A DNA stretch of 64,000 bases from a virus. The first letter of the stretch is position 1; the number at the start of each line of letters is the position of its first letter. Below, one piece after another: positions 39,055 through 49,361 of this stretch. The notes below the pieces were generated by a model. That model was not told the DNA's origin. It did no database searches and worked only from the letters and a program-made list of their open reading frames with translations. The DNA lies in IMG/VR virus record IMGVR_UViG_3300037069_000769, positions 38,322 to 102,321 of that record; one strand, given 5' to 3'. The translations under genes were made by a program, and so were the position numbers.

Positions 39055-39948
39055 ATGGATAGCAAATTCATTCACCTTATCGAGAACCTAAGTAAGCAGT
39101 CGGTATCGAATGATGCTGTTGTCGCTTATATGGTTATGCGATGCGAGGTGACTGCTGGGAATACGTCAACCTCGAAAGCATGGAAAGTTCGAGGTGGGCT
39201 GGTATCCGGGCTCGATTTGCAAACGCTTGCAAATCGGACTCGGGTAAATCTTCTGACGGCCCAGCGGCTTGTGGATGAGTTAGTACGAGCTGAGTGGATA
39301 CGACCGAAGCGTGACTCTGGCGACTTGGTGTATCAGTTAGGTGAGATCAAGGATTTCACTGCTGAGTGGTTCGCTGATAGTACTGCTGAGATAGTTGTGG
39401 TGGAGAAGGTTGAAAAACCTTCAGATAGAATCCGAGCAATGCTTGCTGAAAAGCGTGCACGGGATTCTGCACGGCATGAGCCTGTGAGATTGTCAACTGA
39501 TGCAAAACGCAAGATGCTTGCCGATGCGGGCATAGTTGAGACTACTAAGAACTCAAGTACGTTGTTCGTGGAAATCTATAACAAGAAATTCCGCGAAGTG
39601 TTCCATGCTGAACCGAAGGGTGTCAAGGGCGATGTAGAATCTCGACCCTCTCCGCAGACCTACGTGTATGTGGGACGGATGTTGAAGATTCACAACCGAA
39701 AGCTTGAAATCGCGGTTGAGTTCATGGACTGGGTATTCTCCAATTGGGAGAAGTTAGCGACTGCTGCTAAGGTGTCGGGAAACCCGACCCTGAACATTCT
39801 GTGCACTAAGTCATTTATCGACACTTTCAGAGGTTGGCGAATCTCTGGAATCCCCGAACGTAGGGTGCCGGTGAGTGATAAAGATGGAATTGGAAAGAGA
39901 GCAGACTCCGCAGCAATTGAAGAAGCCGCCGATCTCGGCTGGTCGTAA
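39055..39948 (+). CDS. putative replication initiator
   Basis: N-terminal winged-helix-like segment; precedes DnaC-like and DnaB genes. Confidence 0.5.
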   Translation: MDSKFIHLIENLSKQSVSNDAVVAYMVMRCEVTAGNTSTSKAWKVRGGLVSGLDLQTLANRTRVNLLTAQRLVDELVRAEWIRPKRDSGDLVYQLGEIKDFTAEWFADSTAEIVVVEKVEKPSDRIRAMLAEKRARDSARHEPVRLSTDAKRKMLADAGIVETTKNSSTLFVEIYNKKFREVFHAEPKGVKGDVESRPSPQTYVYVGRMLKIHNRKLEIAVEFMDWVFSNWEKLATAAKVSGNPTLNILCTKSFIDTFRGWRISGIPERRVPVSDKDGIGKRADSAAIEEAADLGWS

Positions 39949-40531
39949 AATCCCTTTGACGCCTGACGTGTTAGAGAGGTTACAGATTCCCCGTGTTCAC
40001 TGGAACACGAAGGCGAGTCTTATTCCTGACTCCTGTAAGCACAAGAAGCTTATAGTTGAGTATGTTGAGAATATCTCTGCAAACGTTTGCAAACCGCGAG
40101 GCTTGCTTCTGTTTGGGACGTATTCTGCTGGAAAATCCGGATGTGCGGCAATCTGTTTGAAGGCTGCCGCTTTCCGAGGGTGTATCGGTTTGTGGTTGGT
40201 CGCCAACAGCGTGCCGACTGTTCAGATCGAGAAGACGCCTTTCGACGAAGAAGTTACTTTGTACGAGAGGGCATGTTCCGTACCACTGTTAGTTCTTGAC
40301 GAGTTGCAGATTCGCAGCGAAGTTAAGGGCATCGAGCAGTACGTAGAGCGACTGATTAGGTTGAGAGTGGATGCTAAGCTGGCAACCATCATCACCACTA
40401 ATCACACCCCTGCTGAGGTTTCTGCGAAGTTTCCCGCATTAGCTGCGGCCCTATTGGAGGCCGTAGTGCCTATGAAGGTCGATGGGCACGACTTTCGCAA
40501 AGAAATCTCTAACGGACTCTTGAAGGGCTAA
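39875..40531 (+). CDS. DnaC/IstB-like helicase loader ATPase
   Basis: GLLLFGTYSAGKS, LLVLDEL, TIITTN, GHDFR. Confidence 0.85.
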   Translation: MIKMELEREQTPQQLKKPPISAGRKIPLTPDVLERLQIPRVHWNTKASLIPDSCKHKKLIVEYVENISANVCKPRGLLLFGTYSAGKSGCAAICLKAAAFRGCIGLWLVANSVPTVQIEKTPFDEEVTLYERACSVPLLVLDELQIRSEVKGIEQYVERLIRLRVDAKLATIITTNHTPAEVSAKFPALAAALLEAVVPMKVDGHDFRKEISNGLLKG

Positions 40532-40532
40532 A

Positions 40533-41831
40533 ATGTCTGAAGAAGTCAAAACAGACCCTTTGGGCAAGCGTCTTGTCTATGCCCTGCTCAATGAGAAAAA
40601 TCCGTCTATCCTGACTCTGGCTGGGGTAACTGAAAATGACATTTTTGGCGATGGTCGAGAAGCTTACGCATGGTCGTTGAAATTCCTGAGTGAGACTGGG
40701 GACTGGCCAACCCCGAGAATCCTTGAGGAGAACTTGGGGATGGTGCTCCCCGAGTATGAGGAGAAGCTTGAATACATTGCTGATCTTGTACGAAAGCGGA
40801 GTCTCGGAAATGTTCTCCATCGAGAGTTACGAGCTTCTGCGGAACTGCTTGATCGACGGGAGCCGGATGCGGCTCTTAAGCATTTAACCTCAGTTGCTTT
40901 GAAGCATAGTGGAGGACGCCGGGGAGGTGCAGTTAGTTATCGGGCCTCGGGTCCTGACCGTATTGAAGCCTACAAAAGCATCAAAGAGCATGGTATTCCC
41001 GGAGTACCTACCCCGTGGGATACTTTGGATTTGATGATTCAGGGATGGTGTAATGGAACGCTTAACGTCGTAATGGCTATGCAGAACACCGGCAAAAGTT
41101 GGTTTATTTGCATTACCGCTGAACACTGTTTGAGATTGAAGAAGAAGGCTCTTGTCGTAACGATGGAGATGCCTGTATCTCGTATTCAGCGACGCATTGA
41201 CTCCATTCGCCACAAGATACCTTTCAAATTGTTGCGGGATACTTCGCTTGATTTGATCTCTGAAGATCGATGGATGGATATGCTGACGGAGGATGTTTCT
41301 GGGGACGGTGACATTATCCTTGCTGACAAGAAGTTGGTGAAGCGTGTCTCGGATGTGACTGCTTTGGTATTGGAACATAGGCCGGACATTGTGCTGATTG
41401 ATGGCGGTTATCGATTTGACGGCAAGCAGCCGGGGCAATGGGAGTCTACTGTCGAGATTGTAGGGGAGTTGCAAACATCTGCGGAGATGACGAACATTCC
41501 GTGGGTTGTTACCACTCAGATGGGTGACTCTAATGAGACTGGTAAGACAGGGAAGAAGGGTGTTCCCGGATCGTCGATGCGAGCATGGAATGTTCGCTAT
41601 GGTAAGGAATGGGTAATCAATCCGGACGTTGTGATTGGTATGTACCAAGACAACGATCTGCGGCTCATGAAGGAGATGGTGTTAGTTCTCCTTAAAATGC
41701 GTGATTCAGCCGGGGAGGGAATCTTTAATGACTTCCGCATCAAATGGGATCAGGGCATTATGGACTTCGCTGAAGTTCCGCGTGTTGCGGGTGAGGTTGT
41801 GGTTGACAGTACTATGGAGGTTAGTTACTGA
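40533..41831 (+). CDS. replicative helicase, DnaB-like
   Basis: GVPTPWDTLD, AMQNTGKS, TMEM, IVLIDG, LKMRD. Confidence 0.88.
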   Translation: MSEEVKTDPLGKRLVYALLNEKNPSILTLAGVTENDIFGDGREAYAWSLKFLSETGDWPTPRILEENLGMVLPEYEEKLEYIADLVRKRSLGNVLHRELRASAELLDRREPDAALKHLTSVALKHSGGRRGGAVSYRASGPDRIEAYKSIKEHGIPGVPTPWDTLDLMIQGWCNGTLNVVMAMQNTGKSWFICITAEHCLRLKKKALVVTMEMPVSRIQRRIDSIRHKIPFKLLRDTSLDLISEDRWMDMLTEDVSGDGDIILADKKLVKRVSDVTALVLEHRPDIVLIDGGYRFDGKQPGQWESTVEIVGELQTSAEMTNIPWVVTTQMGDSNETGKTGKKGVPGSSMRAWNVRYGKEWVINPDVVIGMYQDNDLRLMKEMVLVLLKMRDSAGEGIFNDFRIKWDQGIMDFAEVPRVAGEVVVDSTMEVSY

Positions 41832-42037
41832 TCGACCTTTTCGGGATTTGGATTTGCAAACGTTTGCAATTGAAGAGAAAGAGTACTTAGTAATTAAGTA
41901 CCCTGTCTCAATGCCGTACCATAGTAGGCATCAGTTAGCCCTAATGATTCATAGGTTGATGCCGATAGACGCAGATACCCAGTTGGGCAGAGTTCTCTTA
42001 GTTCCGCAAGATTTCGACTTTACGAAGTGTCGCATAG

Positions 42038-43039
42038 ATGACCTTGGACGAATTGAAGTTGATCCTTCGTAGATTGTCGATCCCATGCGACAACTTGAAA
42101 CCTTGGGGCAAAGAGAAGGATCAAGTTCAGATTCCCTGTCCTCTGGCTCCGTGGTTTCATTCGAGTAAGACTGACTCTCACCCATCCCTGTCGATTAAGT
42201 TTGAGAATAAGACAGGATGGACAGTATTTAAGTGTTGGGCTTGCAAGGAGCAAGGTAAGCTTTGGGAGTTGGTGCAATCTCTCGGAGCATTAAGGAAGGA
42301 TGATTCGCTGTTAGAGTTGGCTAATCAGCTACACGATAGTGATCGGCCTACTTTGACAGCCCTATTTGAGTCTATGTCTCAAGGAATTGAGAAATGGACA
42401 TTAGATAAACACGTCGCCGGGCCGATGGTGCTTAGCGAGGATGTTTTCAAGCATTTTCACCCCGCTTGGGAGCATTCAGTCAGTCGGGTGTATTTGAGTG
42501 GACGAGATGTTTCTCCTGAACTGTGTACGGAGTTTGGGCTTCTCTATGACACTCGCCAAGAGCGTGTTGTATTTCCTGTACGCGATAGGTCAGGAAACCT
42601 TGTTGGGGGTGTTGGTCGAGCAATCACCGGAAGAGAGCCTCGCTACTTTAACTATCTTAATTTTCCCAGTGGTGCTACTCTTGGGGGACATGATCGACTG
42701 GATAACGAGCGACCGTTTCTCATTGTGGTTGAAGGATTTTTTGATCTGCTGAGATGCTACCGCTGGGCACATGATGTCGAATCTGACATTGTGTGTACTT
42801 GGAAATCTGAGGTGGCCGAAGCTCAAGCTGATCTGATATTGCAGCTTGACAAAAGTATCCAGATTTGGTATGATGGAGATGAAGCTGGACGCGAAGGTTG
42901 GAACAAAGCGTCTAGGTCGTTGGGGCCTGTAGCCCTAGGTTTACGGCGAGCTACACTACCGGAAGATAAAGACCCCGGTGAGTTAGTCGAAGCCGAATTT
43001 CTTTCTGTGTTTCGCTCTACTATGGGAGCACTTCGATGA
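42038..43039 (+). CDS. DNA primase (Zn-binding + TOPRIM)
   Basis: CP....H...CWAC; VVEGFFD; YDGDEAG; KDPGE. Confidence 0.9.
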   Translation: MTLDELKLILRRLSIPCDNLKPWGKEKDQVQIPCPLAPWFHSSKTDSHPSLSIKFENKTGWTVFKCWACKEQGKLWELVQSLGALRKDDSLLELANQLHDSDRPTLTALFESMSQGIEKWTLDKHVAGPMVLSEDVFKHFHPAWEHSVSRVYLSGRDVSPELCTEFGLLYDTRQERVVFPVRDRSGNLVGGVGRAITGREPRYFNYLNFPSGATLGGHDRLDNERPFLIVVEGFFDLLRCYRWAHDVESDIVCTWKSEVAEAQADLILQLDKSIQIWYDGDEAGREGWNKASRSLGPVALGLRRATLPEDKDPGELVEAEFLSVFRSTMGALR

Positions 43040-43713
43040 GTGATGAAAGTTTGCCTCCGTGGATGACTGGTGCCGGGCTTGATGATGATATGAAGGGCGA
43101 CCCCTCCGGGAGTAGCTCGGTGTATCGCTTCTGGATGCCGAAAGGCACCTCCCGCAATGTTGTCTTCCTGACTGACGGGAATAAGTCTCCGATCATTTGG
43201 GAGCATAACTACCAGTATCGGGGGAATTGGAGAAACTGGCTGACCTGTCTTTCCGGAATGGGGGTAAGATGCCCCATGTGTGACTTCCACGAGAAGGAAG
43301 GTAAATACGGTAGGTACAAGATTCAACTCTTCACTGTCATCGACTGTAACAAGTTCACTGACAAGAAGGGTGTCGTTCGTGAGAACGAGAAGCGTGTCGT
43401 CTGTGCCAAGAAGGATTCCTGCGAGGTCATTGCCCGACGTTGGAAAACGTTGATGGAGAATGGCAATACTCTGCGGTACGCGATGTTCAAAGTGCATCGC
43501 GGAAACAGTGATAAGTCAGCAGGTGTTGGTGACGATTACGAGTTCATCAAGATGGTCGATCCTGCAACCATTGCGGACCCGGCTCCTATGGACTACAAGG
43601 AGCTGTTTGCTCCCCAGCCCGAGAAGATGGCTCGTGTTGTTGAAATCTTGTCGTCTAAGGTAGCAGCGGGAGAAGATGCTCCCGAGGGAACTGATACCTC
43701 AGTCGCATACTAA
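43036..43713 (+). CDS. single-stranded DNA-binding protein (gp32-like)
   Basis: EHN...TC...CPMC Zn site; acidic C-terminal tail; between primase and polymerase. Confidence 0.65.
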   Translation: MSDESLPPWMTGAGLDDDMKGDPSGSSSVYRFWMPKGTSRNVVFLTDGNKSPIIWEHNYQYRGNWRNWLTCLSGMGVRCPMCDFHEKEGKYGRYKIQLFTVIDCNKFTDKKGVVRENEKRVVCAKKDSCEVIARRWKTLMENGNTLRYAMFKVHRGNSDKSAGVGDDYEFIKMVDPATIADPAPMDYKELFAPQPEKMARVVEILSSKVAAGEDAPEGTDTSVAY

Positions 43714-43728
43714 GTCGGTTTTCCAGTT

Positions 43729-43764
43729 GGGTGGGTTTGCAAACGTTTGCAAACCCATCCTTTT
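43729..43764 (+). terminator. hairpin built around a palindrome copy (26-bp perfect palindrome)
   Basis: TGGGTTTGCAAACGTTTGCAAACCCA at 43732-43757 followed by TCCTTTT. Confidence 0.55.
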
Positions 43765-43780
43765 CCTTTGAAAGCATATC

Positions 43781-45769
43781 ATGAGTACCGTTGAAGAAAC
43801 GATGTCACCGGCTCAGGTGCGTGCTCGAAACTTTGTAGCGGCTGCTAAGACCTACAAGCGTTTCGCATTTGACATTGAGCATGATCCAAATGTGGAGCCA
43901 ACCGACGTTGGTTTCATCATTCACGGATGTAGTTTCTGCTGTGAAGATATGGTCTTCTATGAGACCGATCTAAGCATTGTGCAGCTCATCCTGCTTGACC
44001 TGTTTGACGATCCCGAACTTGAGGCTATTGCCTTTAACGGTAAGTACGACCTGAAGTGTCTCATCTCTTCGGGCATCATCACGCAGTATCAGTACCCCAA
44101 GAGTTTCGTTGACCCGATGATCGGGGTGAACCTCTTGGACGATAATCGAAAGAAAGGCGAGATGGGCCTTAAGTCGATTATCTATGATAAATACAAGCAC
44201 GTTATGGTTCACTTCGAGGAGGCTATCGTTGATGGGCTGACCTCGGTGAAGTTCCGTCTGTATGCTGAGGATGATGCTCGACAGGAGTATCGTCTTTGGT
44301 CTGACATTCGCCCGGAACTTGAGAAGTCCAACCTGCTAAAGGTGCTGACGAAGGTTTTGTGTCCGGCCAGCTTGGTCTTTGCGGATATGGAGCTTGCGGG
44401 ACTGCACTGGGACTTGAAGGGAGCCCGAGACTTACTTCGAGGGTATCAGGCTTTGCGTGACGAGTTTCACGCTATGGCTTTGAAGGAACTCGGGCCGATT
44501 AATTTGGCATCCGGGGATCAATTGGCCAAGAGATTGTTTGAGGAATTGGGATATTCTACTGAGGGTGTGCCTCTCACTAAGTCGGGTAAACGGTACAGCG
44601 TCGATGCTGATACGATGGAGATGCTTGCGAAGAAGTATCCTATCTGTCAGAAAATTGCCCGGTATCGTACTGCTGAGAAGATGATAAACACGTACGTTGA
44701 GCCGATCACCCGAAAGTGTCTGGCCGATGTGAATCGTCGAGTGCATCCTTCATTCTGGCAGATTTCGGCCACTGGCCGTACTCGGTGCGAAGACCCCAAC
44801 TTCCAGAACATCCCATCATTTCTTGCGAAGGAGTTTTCGCACCTCTCGATCAAGAAGAACTTCATTGCAGCTCCGGGGCATAAGTTCATCATCGCTGACC
44901 TTTCGCAGATTGAGTTGCGACTGGTAGCCCATATTACGCAAGACCCTCTGTTCCTTGCAGCGTACAAGAATTGGACTTGTACGGCATGTGGGCAGAAGGG
45001 TACTTCGGATAAGATTTTGCACTCATGTCCTAACTGTGGGCAGGCTGAAGTTGAAGCTATTTTGCAAACGTGCCCAAATCCGAAGTGTAAAACTCCTCAC
45101 GTCAACTTCGACAAGAAGACCAAGACCTGTGGTGTATGTCGCGGCGAGGTGACCAAGGAAGTCGCCACGATTAGAGGTTTTTGGCACGGGCTGGACTTGC
45201 ACCAAATCACGACCGATAAGGTGTCTGCTCTAGGCGGGGAACGCCAGAACGGTAAGGTCGCTAACTTTGCTCTGGTGTATTGTGCTACGGCAACCCGCAT
45301 GCACTACGAATACCCTGATATGAGCAAATCTCAGTGGCAGAGTATTATCGATCAGTACATGGAGACGTACAAGGGCGTTGCTAGATGGCATGAGCGAATG
45401 GAGCGAGGTTTGCATGAGAGCGGCGTGGGCATCGACATCTTTGGACGTCGCCGCAGAATTCCCCGCTTTACGATTCAGCAGAACAAGAAGCACGCTCTGA
45501 ACCAGTTCGTCAACTTCGGGCCTCAAGCTGGGGCCTGTGAGATGATGCAGTTGTCTATGAGCCGAATCCGTGAGGAGTGCATCGGACTTGGGACTTGGAT
45601 CAATGAGATTGTTCAAGTCAACATGGTGCATGACGAAGGTGTATGGGAAGTCAAGGAAGACAAGGTTGAGCAGCATGCGGCCATCATTCAGAAGCACCTC
45701 GAAAACTCTGTGCAGCTTCGCGTGCCAGTTCGCACCAGCTTAATCGTCAGTGACTGCTGGTCTAAGTAA
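43781..45769 (+). CDS. DNA polymerase family A with 3'-5' exonuclease and Cys-rich insertion
   Basis: FDIE, FNGKYD, YAEDD exo motifs; ATGR, PNFQNIP, DLSQIELR, RQNGKVANFALVY, VHDE. Confidence 0.95.
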   Translation: MSTVEETMSPAQVRARNFVAAAKTYKRFAFDIEHDPNVEPTDVGFIIHGCSFCCEDMVFYETDLSIVQLILLDLFDDPELEAIAFNGKYDLKCLISSGIITQYQYPKSFVDPMIGVNLLDDNRKKGEMGLKSIIYDKYKHVMVHFEEAIVDGLTSVKFRLYAEDDARQEYRLWSDIRPELEKSNLLKVLTKVLCPASLVFADMELAGLHWDLKGARDLLRGYQALRDEFHAMALKELGPINLASGDQLAKRLFEELGYSTEGVPLTKSGKRYSVDADTMEMLAKKYPICQKIARYRTAEKMINTYVEPITRKCLADVNRRVHPSFWQISATGRTRCEDPNFQNIPSFLAKEFSHLSIKKNFIAAPGHKFIIADLSQIELRLVAHITQDPLFLAAYKNWTCTACGQKGTSDKILHSCPNCGQAEVEAILQTCPNPKCKTPHVNFDKKTKTCGVCRGEVTKEVATIRGFWHGLDLHQITTDKVSALGGERQNGKVANFALVYCATATRMHYEYPDMSKSQWQSIIDQYMETYKGVARWHERMERGLHESGVGIDIFGRRRRIPRFTIQQNKKHALNQFVNFGPQAGACEMMQLSMSRIREECIGLGTWINEIVQVNMVHDEGVWEVKEDKVEQHAAIIQKHLENSVQLRVPVRTSLIVSDCWSK

Positions 45770-45794
45770 GTTTCCTTGTGCAAACGTTTGCAAA

Positions 45795-47156
45795 ATGCGA
45801 CCCTGTATTCTCAATCGACTGTTGTGGGTTCCCAAGGAAGCCGTAGATGTGAGTAGGGTAAAGTCTCAGTTGACTTTGCATACTACCCCGTTTATTGGCA
45901 AGCCTGAAGAAATCCCGTTGTACGTTGATGGAAACGACTACCTCGGCGTGCCTCGAAACTGGGGATACGAGAATCGATGGGTGCATGCTAAGACTACCAT
46001 CGAAGATCGGATGGTGCAACCTTTCTATGGATGGCCCGACATTCAGTTTCCCGGAGATGGGACGTACTGGGCAGGTCAAAAGGAATCCATTGAGGGTATG
46101 TATTCCTTCCTGCGACCTAATTGTGGGGGCCTGCTTGAGGCGGGATGCGGTGCCGGGAAAACCCTTATGGGCATGGATATTGCTTCCCGGTTTCACACCC
46201 CAACTCTGATCCTAGTTCACAAGACTGATCTTGCTGACCAGTGGCATGAGACTGCCAAAACTTTCTTTCCGACCGTATTGGCGGGGCATGTTCAGGGTGA
46301 CGTGTGGAACTGGCGAGGTAAGCATTACGTTGTCGCAACTGCTCAAACGATTGTATCAAGAAAGGATGCTCTTGATCCCGAGTTTATCGCCAATTTCGGT
46401 TGTGTGATCTTCGACGAAGGGCATCGTTATCCTGCTAGAACGTTTGAGCAGATTTTGGGAATGTTTCCCGCTAGACGGCGGTTGGCCGTATCAGCAACTT
46501 GGCGTAGAAACGACGGGCTCGAAGCCGTATGGCATTGGCACGTCGGGCATGTCGGGTGGAGAACTAAGAGTGTACGCCTGACTGGTGAGTATGTTCAAGT
46601 TGAGTGGCGTACGTCCATCAAAGAGCGAGATATTCTCCAGTACGGTAAGTTGAATATCTCGAAAGCGTTGGAGCAGATTACGGCCAGTTCGCTGTATAAC
46701 GAGTGGTTGACCAAAAGCTTGATGGCGGGAGCAGGTGTTGACCGCAAAGTACTGCTTGTTAGCGATCGTATTGAGCATCTTGTTGATATTCGACGACGTT
46801 TGATGCTCGCCGGATGTGATCGCACTGTAGGGATGTACGTTGGGCAATGGCCTGATGCTGCGGGTAAGCGGAAGGTCGTTAAGAAGGATGAGCTTGAGCA
46901 GGCCAAGTCCTGTGACATTATCCTCGCAACCTACAAGAAGATGAATGAGGGGACTGACATTCCTGCCCTCGATACCCTGATTTTGGGAACTCCGAAGTCG
47001 GATGTTGAGCAGGTGGTCGGAAGAATCCAACGACATAAGGAAGATAAGCGTAAGTTGCTTATCATTGACCCTGTGTTTCAAACACCATCCCTGATTCGCA
47101 TGGGCGAGAAGAGGGAAAAGGTGTATAAAAATTTAGGATTTGTGAGGCAATCATGA
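45795..47156 (+). CDS. superfamily 2 helicase
   Basis: GCGAGKT, DEGH, SAT, EGTDIP.LD, QVVGRIQR. Confidence 0.92.
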   Translation: MRPCILNRLLWVPKEAVDVSRVKSQLTLHTTPFIGKPEEIPLYVDGNDYLGVPRNWGYENRWVHAKTTIEDRMVQPFYGWPDIQFPGDGTYWAGQKESIEGMYSFLRPNCGGLLEAGCGAGKTLMGMDIASRFHTPTLILVHKTDLADQWHETAKTFFPTVLAGHVQGDVWNWRGKHYVVATAQTIVSRKDALDPEFIANFGCVIFDEGHRYPARTFEQILGMFPARRRLAVSATWRRNDGLEAVWHWHVGHVGWRTKSVRLTGEYVQVEWRTSIKERDILQYGKLNISKALEQITASSLYNEWLTKSLMAGAGVDRKVLLVSDRIEHLVDIRRRLMLAGCDRTVGMYVGQWPDAAGKRKVVKKDELEQAKSCDIILATYKKMNEGTDIPALDTLILGTPKSDVEQVVGRIQRHKEDKRKLLIIDPVFQTPSLIRMGEKREKVYKNLGFVRQS

Positions 47157-47503
47157 TTGAGGATGATGTTGGTAGTGATGGTATTGCGGCCCCCAGCAGT
47201 GGCTCACTGATGGTGAATCGCATGTACTACGCGAGTAAGGTGCTCACGAAAGAGGAGGCTACCGAGGAAACCATCGAGGTCCGCAAACCCGCTGTGGGCA
47301 TCCCTCTGGCTCAAGTGTCGGTTGGCGGCAGCATGACTGTTAACATGGGCAACTTTGAGAGTGTTAAGTTGTACGTGGGCGTGACCCTTCCTTGCTATGT
47401 TGAGGAAGTGGACTCATGTTACAGCGTTGCTAAGTTGTTTGTCGATAAACATTTGAACCTTGAGATTGCGGCCCTCCGCGATCATCGTGATTCTAAGAAG
47501 TAG
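47153..47503 (+). CDS. hypothetical protein
   Basis: TVNMGNFES motif common in phage proteins. Confidence 0.65.
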   Translation: MIEDDVGSDGIAAPSSGSLMVNRMYYASKVLTKEEATEETIEVRKPAVGIPLAQVSVGGSMTVNMGNFESVKLYVGVTLPCYVEEVDSCYSVAKLFVDKHLNLEIAALRDHRDSKK

Positions 47504-47512
47504 GGGAACTCT

Positions 47513-48637
47513 GTGGCCAAGAAGAAAGAGAAGGATGAGAAGCTCGGATCAGGCTTGTCCCCCACGGTTGATGCGTGGCGGGATAAGGTGAATAAGGTGT
47601 ATGAGTCCGAGGTCATCGCTGACGGTGGAAAATTTGCAGCGTTAAAGATGCTGAGATTCTCTTCCGGGATTCTTACCCTCGATCTTGCATTGGGTGGGGG
47701 ATGGCCATTCGGTCGTGTGGTTACTGTAGCTGGTGACTTCTCTACCGGTAAGACCGTAACTGCTATGAAGGCAGCTTGCGAGATTATGAACTACGATCAT
47801 GTGTACCATGTGCATAAGGATCGGTTGGCCAAAGTTGCACCTACTGCTACGTTTCAACCCTGTCGAGCCCTCTTTATGGACGTTGAGGGCACGTTTGATT
47901 TGGAGTGGGCCGAAGCGAACGGATTTGATCCCAAGTATCACGAGGTAAGTAGGCCAGCCTACGCAGAGCAGTGCATCGACGTTGTTGATGACGCTATTAG
48001 GTCAGGGCTGTTCGATCTGGTGATTGTAGACTCTCTTGCTGCCTTGACTCCGACTGCTGAGATTGAGTCCAGCACGGAAGAGTGGCAAATGGGTTTGCAG
48101 GCCCGCCTGATTAACAAGGCTATGCGGAAATGGAATTCCGCTGTAGTTACCCGCTCGCAACAGTGTCCGACGGGAGTGCCTACTGTGTTCTGCTTGAACC
48201 AGTTCCGCCTGAAGATCGGTGTTTACATGGGTGATCCTCGTGTGATGCCGGGCGGGGAAGGGCAGAAGTTTTGTAATTCCATTATCATCTACACCAAGTC
48301 CGCTGACTACGATGATAGCAAGGACGAGGAGTTGGATGAGGTTGAGTTGCGGGGCCTCGTATTCAAGAATAAGACTGCGATCCCGAAACAAAATTATACT
48401 TTCACCTTGACTTTGAAAGACAAGGATGGTATAAAAAAGGGTACGGTAAAAAATGTCAATGATTTGTTCGACTTTGGAGTGGCGTACGGGCTCATCGTTA
48501 AGACGCCTTCTGTGAAGTTTAACGGGGTTGAGTATCCGACACAAAAGGCATTGAAAGATTACCTGAATGTTTCGGATGCAAGTCGAAGGTTGTTGTGGAA
48601 GTCGATTGTGCATCAAGCTACTGGTCAGCTTGTGTGA
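47513..48637 (+). CDS. recA: RecA/UvsX-like recombinase
   Basis: SSGILTLDLALGGG, GDFSTGKT, VDSLAAL, GLQARL, NQFR, PGG, KNK. Confidence 0.95.
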   Translation: MAKKKEKDEKLGSGLSPTVDAWRDKVNKVYESEVIADGGKFAALKMLRFSSGILTLDLALGGGWPFGRVVTVAGDFSTGKTVTAMKAACEIMNYDHVYHVHKDRLAKVAPTATFQPCRALFMDVEGTFDLEWAEANGFDPKYHEVSRPAYAEQCIDVVDDAIRSGLFDLVIVDSLAALTPTAEIESSTEEWQMGLQARLINKAMRKWNSAVVTRSQQCPTGVPTVFCLNQFRLKIGVYMGDPRVMPGGEGQKFCNSIIIYTKSADYDDSKDEELDEVELRGLVFKNKTAIPKQNYTFTLTLKDKDGIKKGTVKNVNDLFDFGVAYGLIVKTPSVKFNGVEYPTQKALKDYLNVSDASRRLLWKSIVHQATGQLV

Positions 48638-48663
48638 TTTGCAAACGTTTGCAAAGGTGAGCG

Positions 48664-48909
48664 ATGGGCCGTCAGACTGCTGAGATAGCCACCCGACATA
48701 GGTTGATGGTGAAGTTGGCCATCAAGGCCCTCTGGCGGTTGAATGCTCCGTTAACGTCTCGGCAAATTGCCACTCACACCGGCTTGACAATCTGGTGTGT
48801 GAACCAGATACTGCGTCGGAATCTGGACATATTCAGGCGGGTCGATGTGCCCACTAAGGGCGGTCGAATCCATAGTAGGGGTGTTCAGGTGTATTGGGAG
48901 CTGTACTGA
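48664..48909 (+). CDS. small winged-HTH protein
   Basis: PLTSRQIATHTGL...VNQIL. Confidence 0.5.
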   Translation: MGRQTAEIATRHRLMVKLAIKALWRLNAPLTSRQIATHTGLTIWCVNQILRRNLDIFRRVDVPTKGGRIHSRGVQVYWELY

Positions 48910-49361
48910 TGTCTCTTGATCGTGCGGGACGAAAGCAGCCGGGAGCCCCAAAGTTGGGGTCAAAGAAGTCTGGAAAGGCTGCTGTAAACGAGCATGAGTA
49001 TGAGTTAGCTGAGAAACTGGGAGGTCGGCGACAGCCTGCCTCGGGAGCCTTAGCTGCTCATAAGGGAGACATTAAGACCCGAGATTTCCTGTTTGATTCG
49101 AAGGAGACGGAAGCAACTGCAATCAGTGTGTTCGGCACTGATCTTACGAAGATTACTCGTGAGGCTCGGGGTGAGGGTAAACATCCGGGCCTTGTTTTGA
49201 CTATTCGAGGGGTGCCGTCAACCACTGACAGTGAGTGGGCGTGCATCCCCTTGGATGTATTTGCAAGTATTCTTGCAGAATTGGAGAATCAACGTGAAGC
49301 CCTCAGAAAAAATCCGTCAGATGGTACAGCAGGCTCGGGACTCGGGGGAAGTAGTTCCTGA
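48909..49361 (+). CDS. PD-(D/E)xK nuclease, resolvase-like
   Basis: E..LA...GG...PASGA...KGDI...FDSK. Confidence 0.7.
   Translation: MSLDRAGRKQPGAPKLGSKKSGKAAVNEHEYELAEKLGGRRQPASGALAAHKGDIKTRDFLFDSKETEATAISVFGTDLTKITREARGEGKHPGLVLTIRGVPSTTDSEWACIPLDVFASILAELENQREALRKNPSDGTAGSGLGGSSS

Noticed and set aside
45061-45072. Half-site TTTGCAAACGTG in polA
   Set aside because: Right arm missing; not counted as a copy
44965-45190. PolA insertion as an intein or intron
   Set aside because: Short, in frame, no His-Asn/Cys-Ser-Thr splice junction or homing endonuclease motifs
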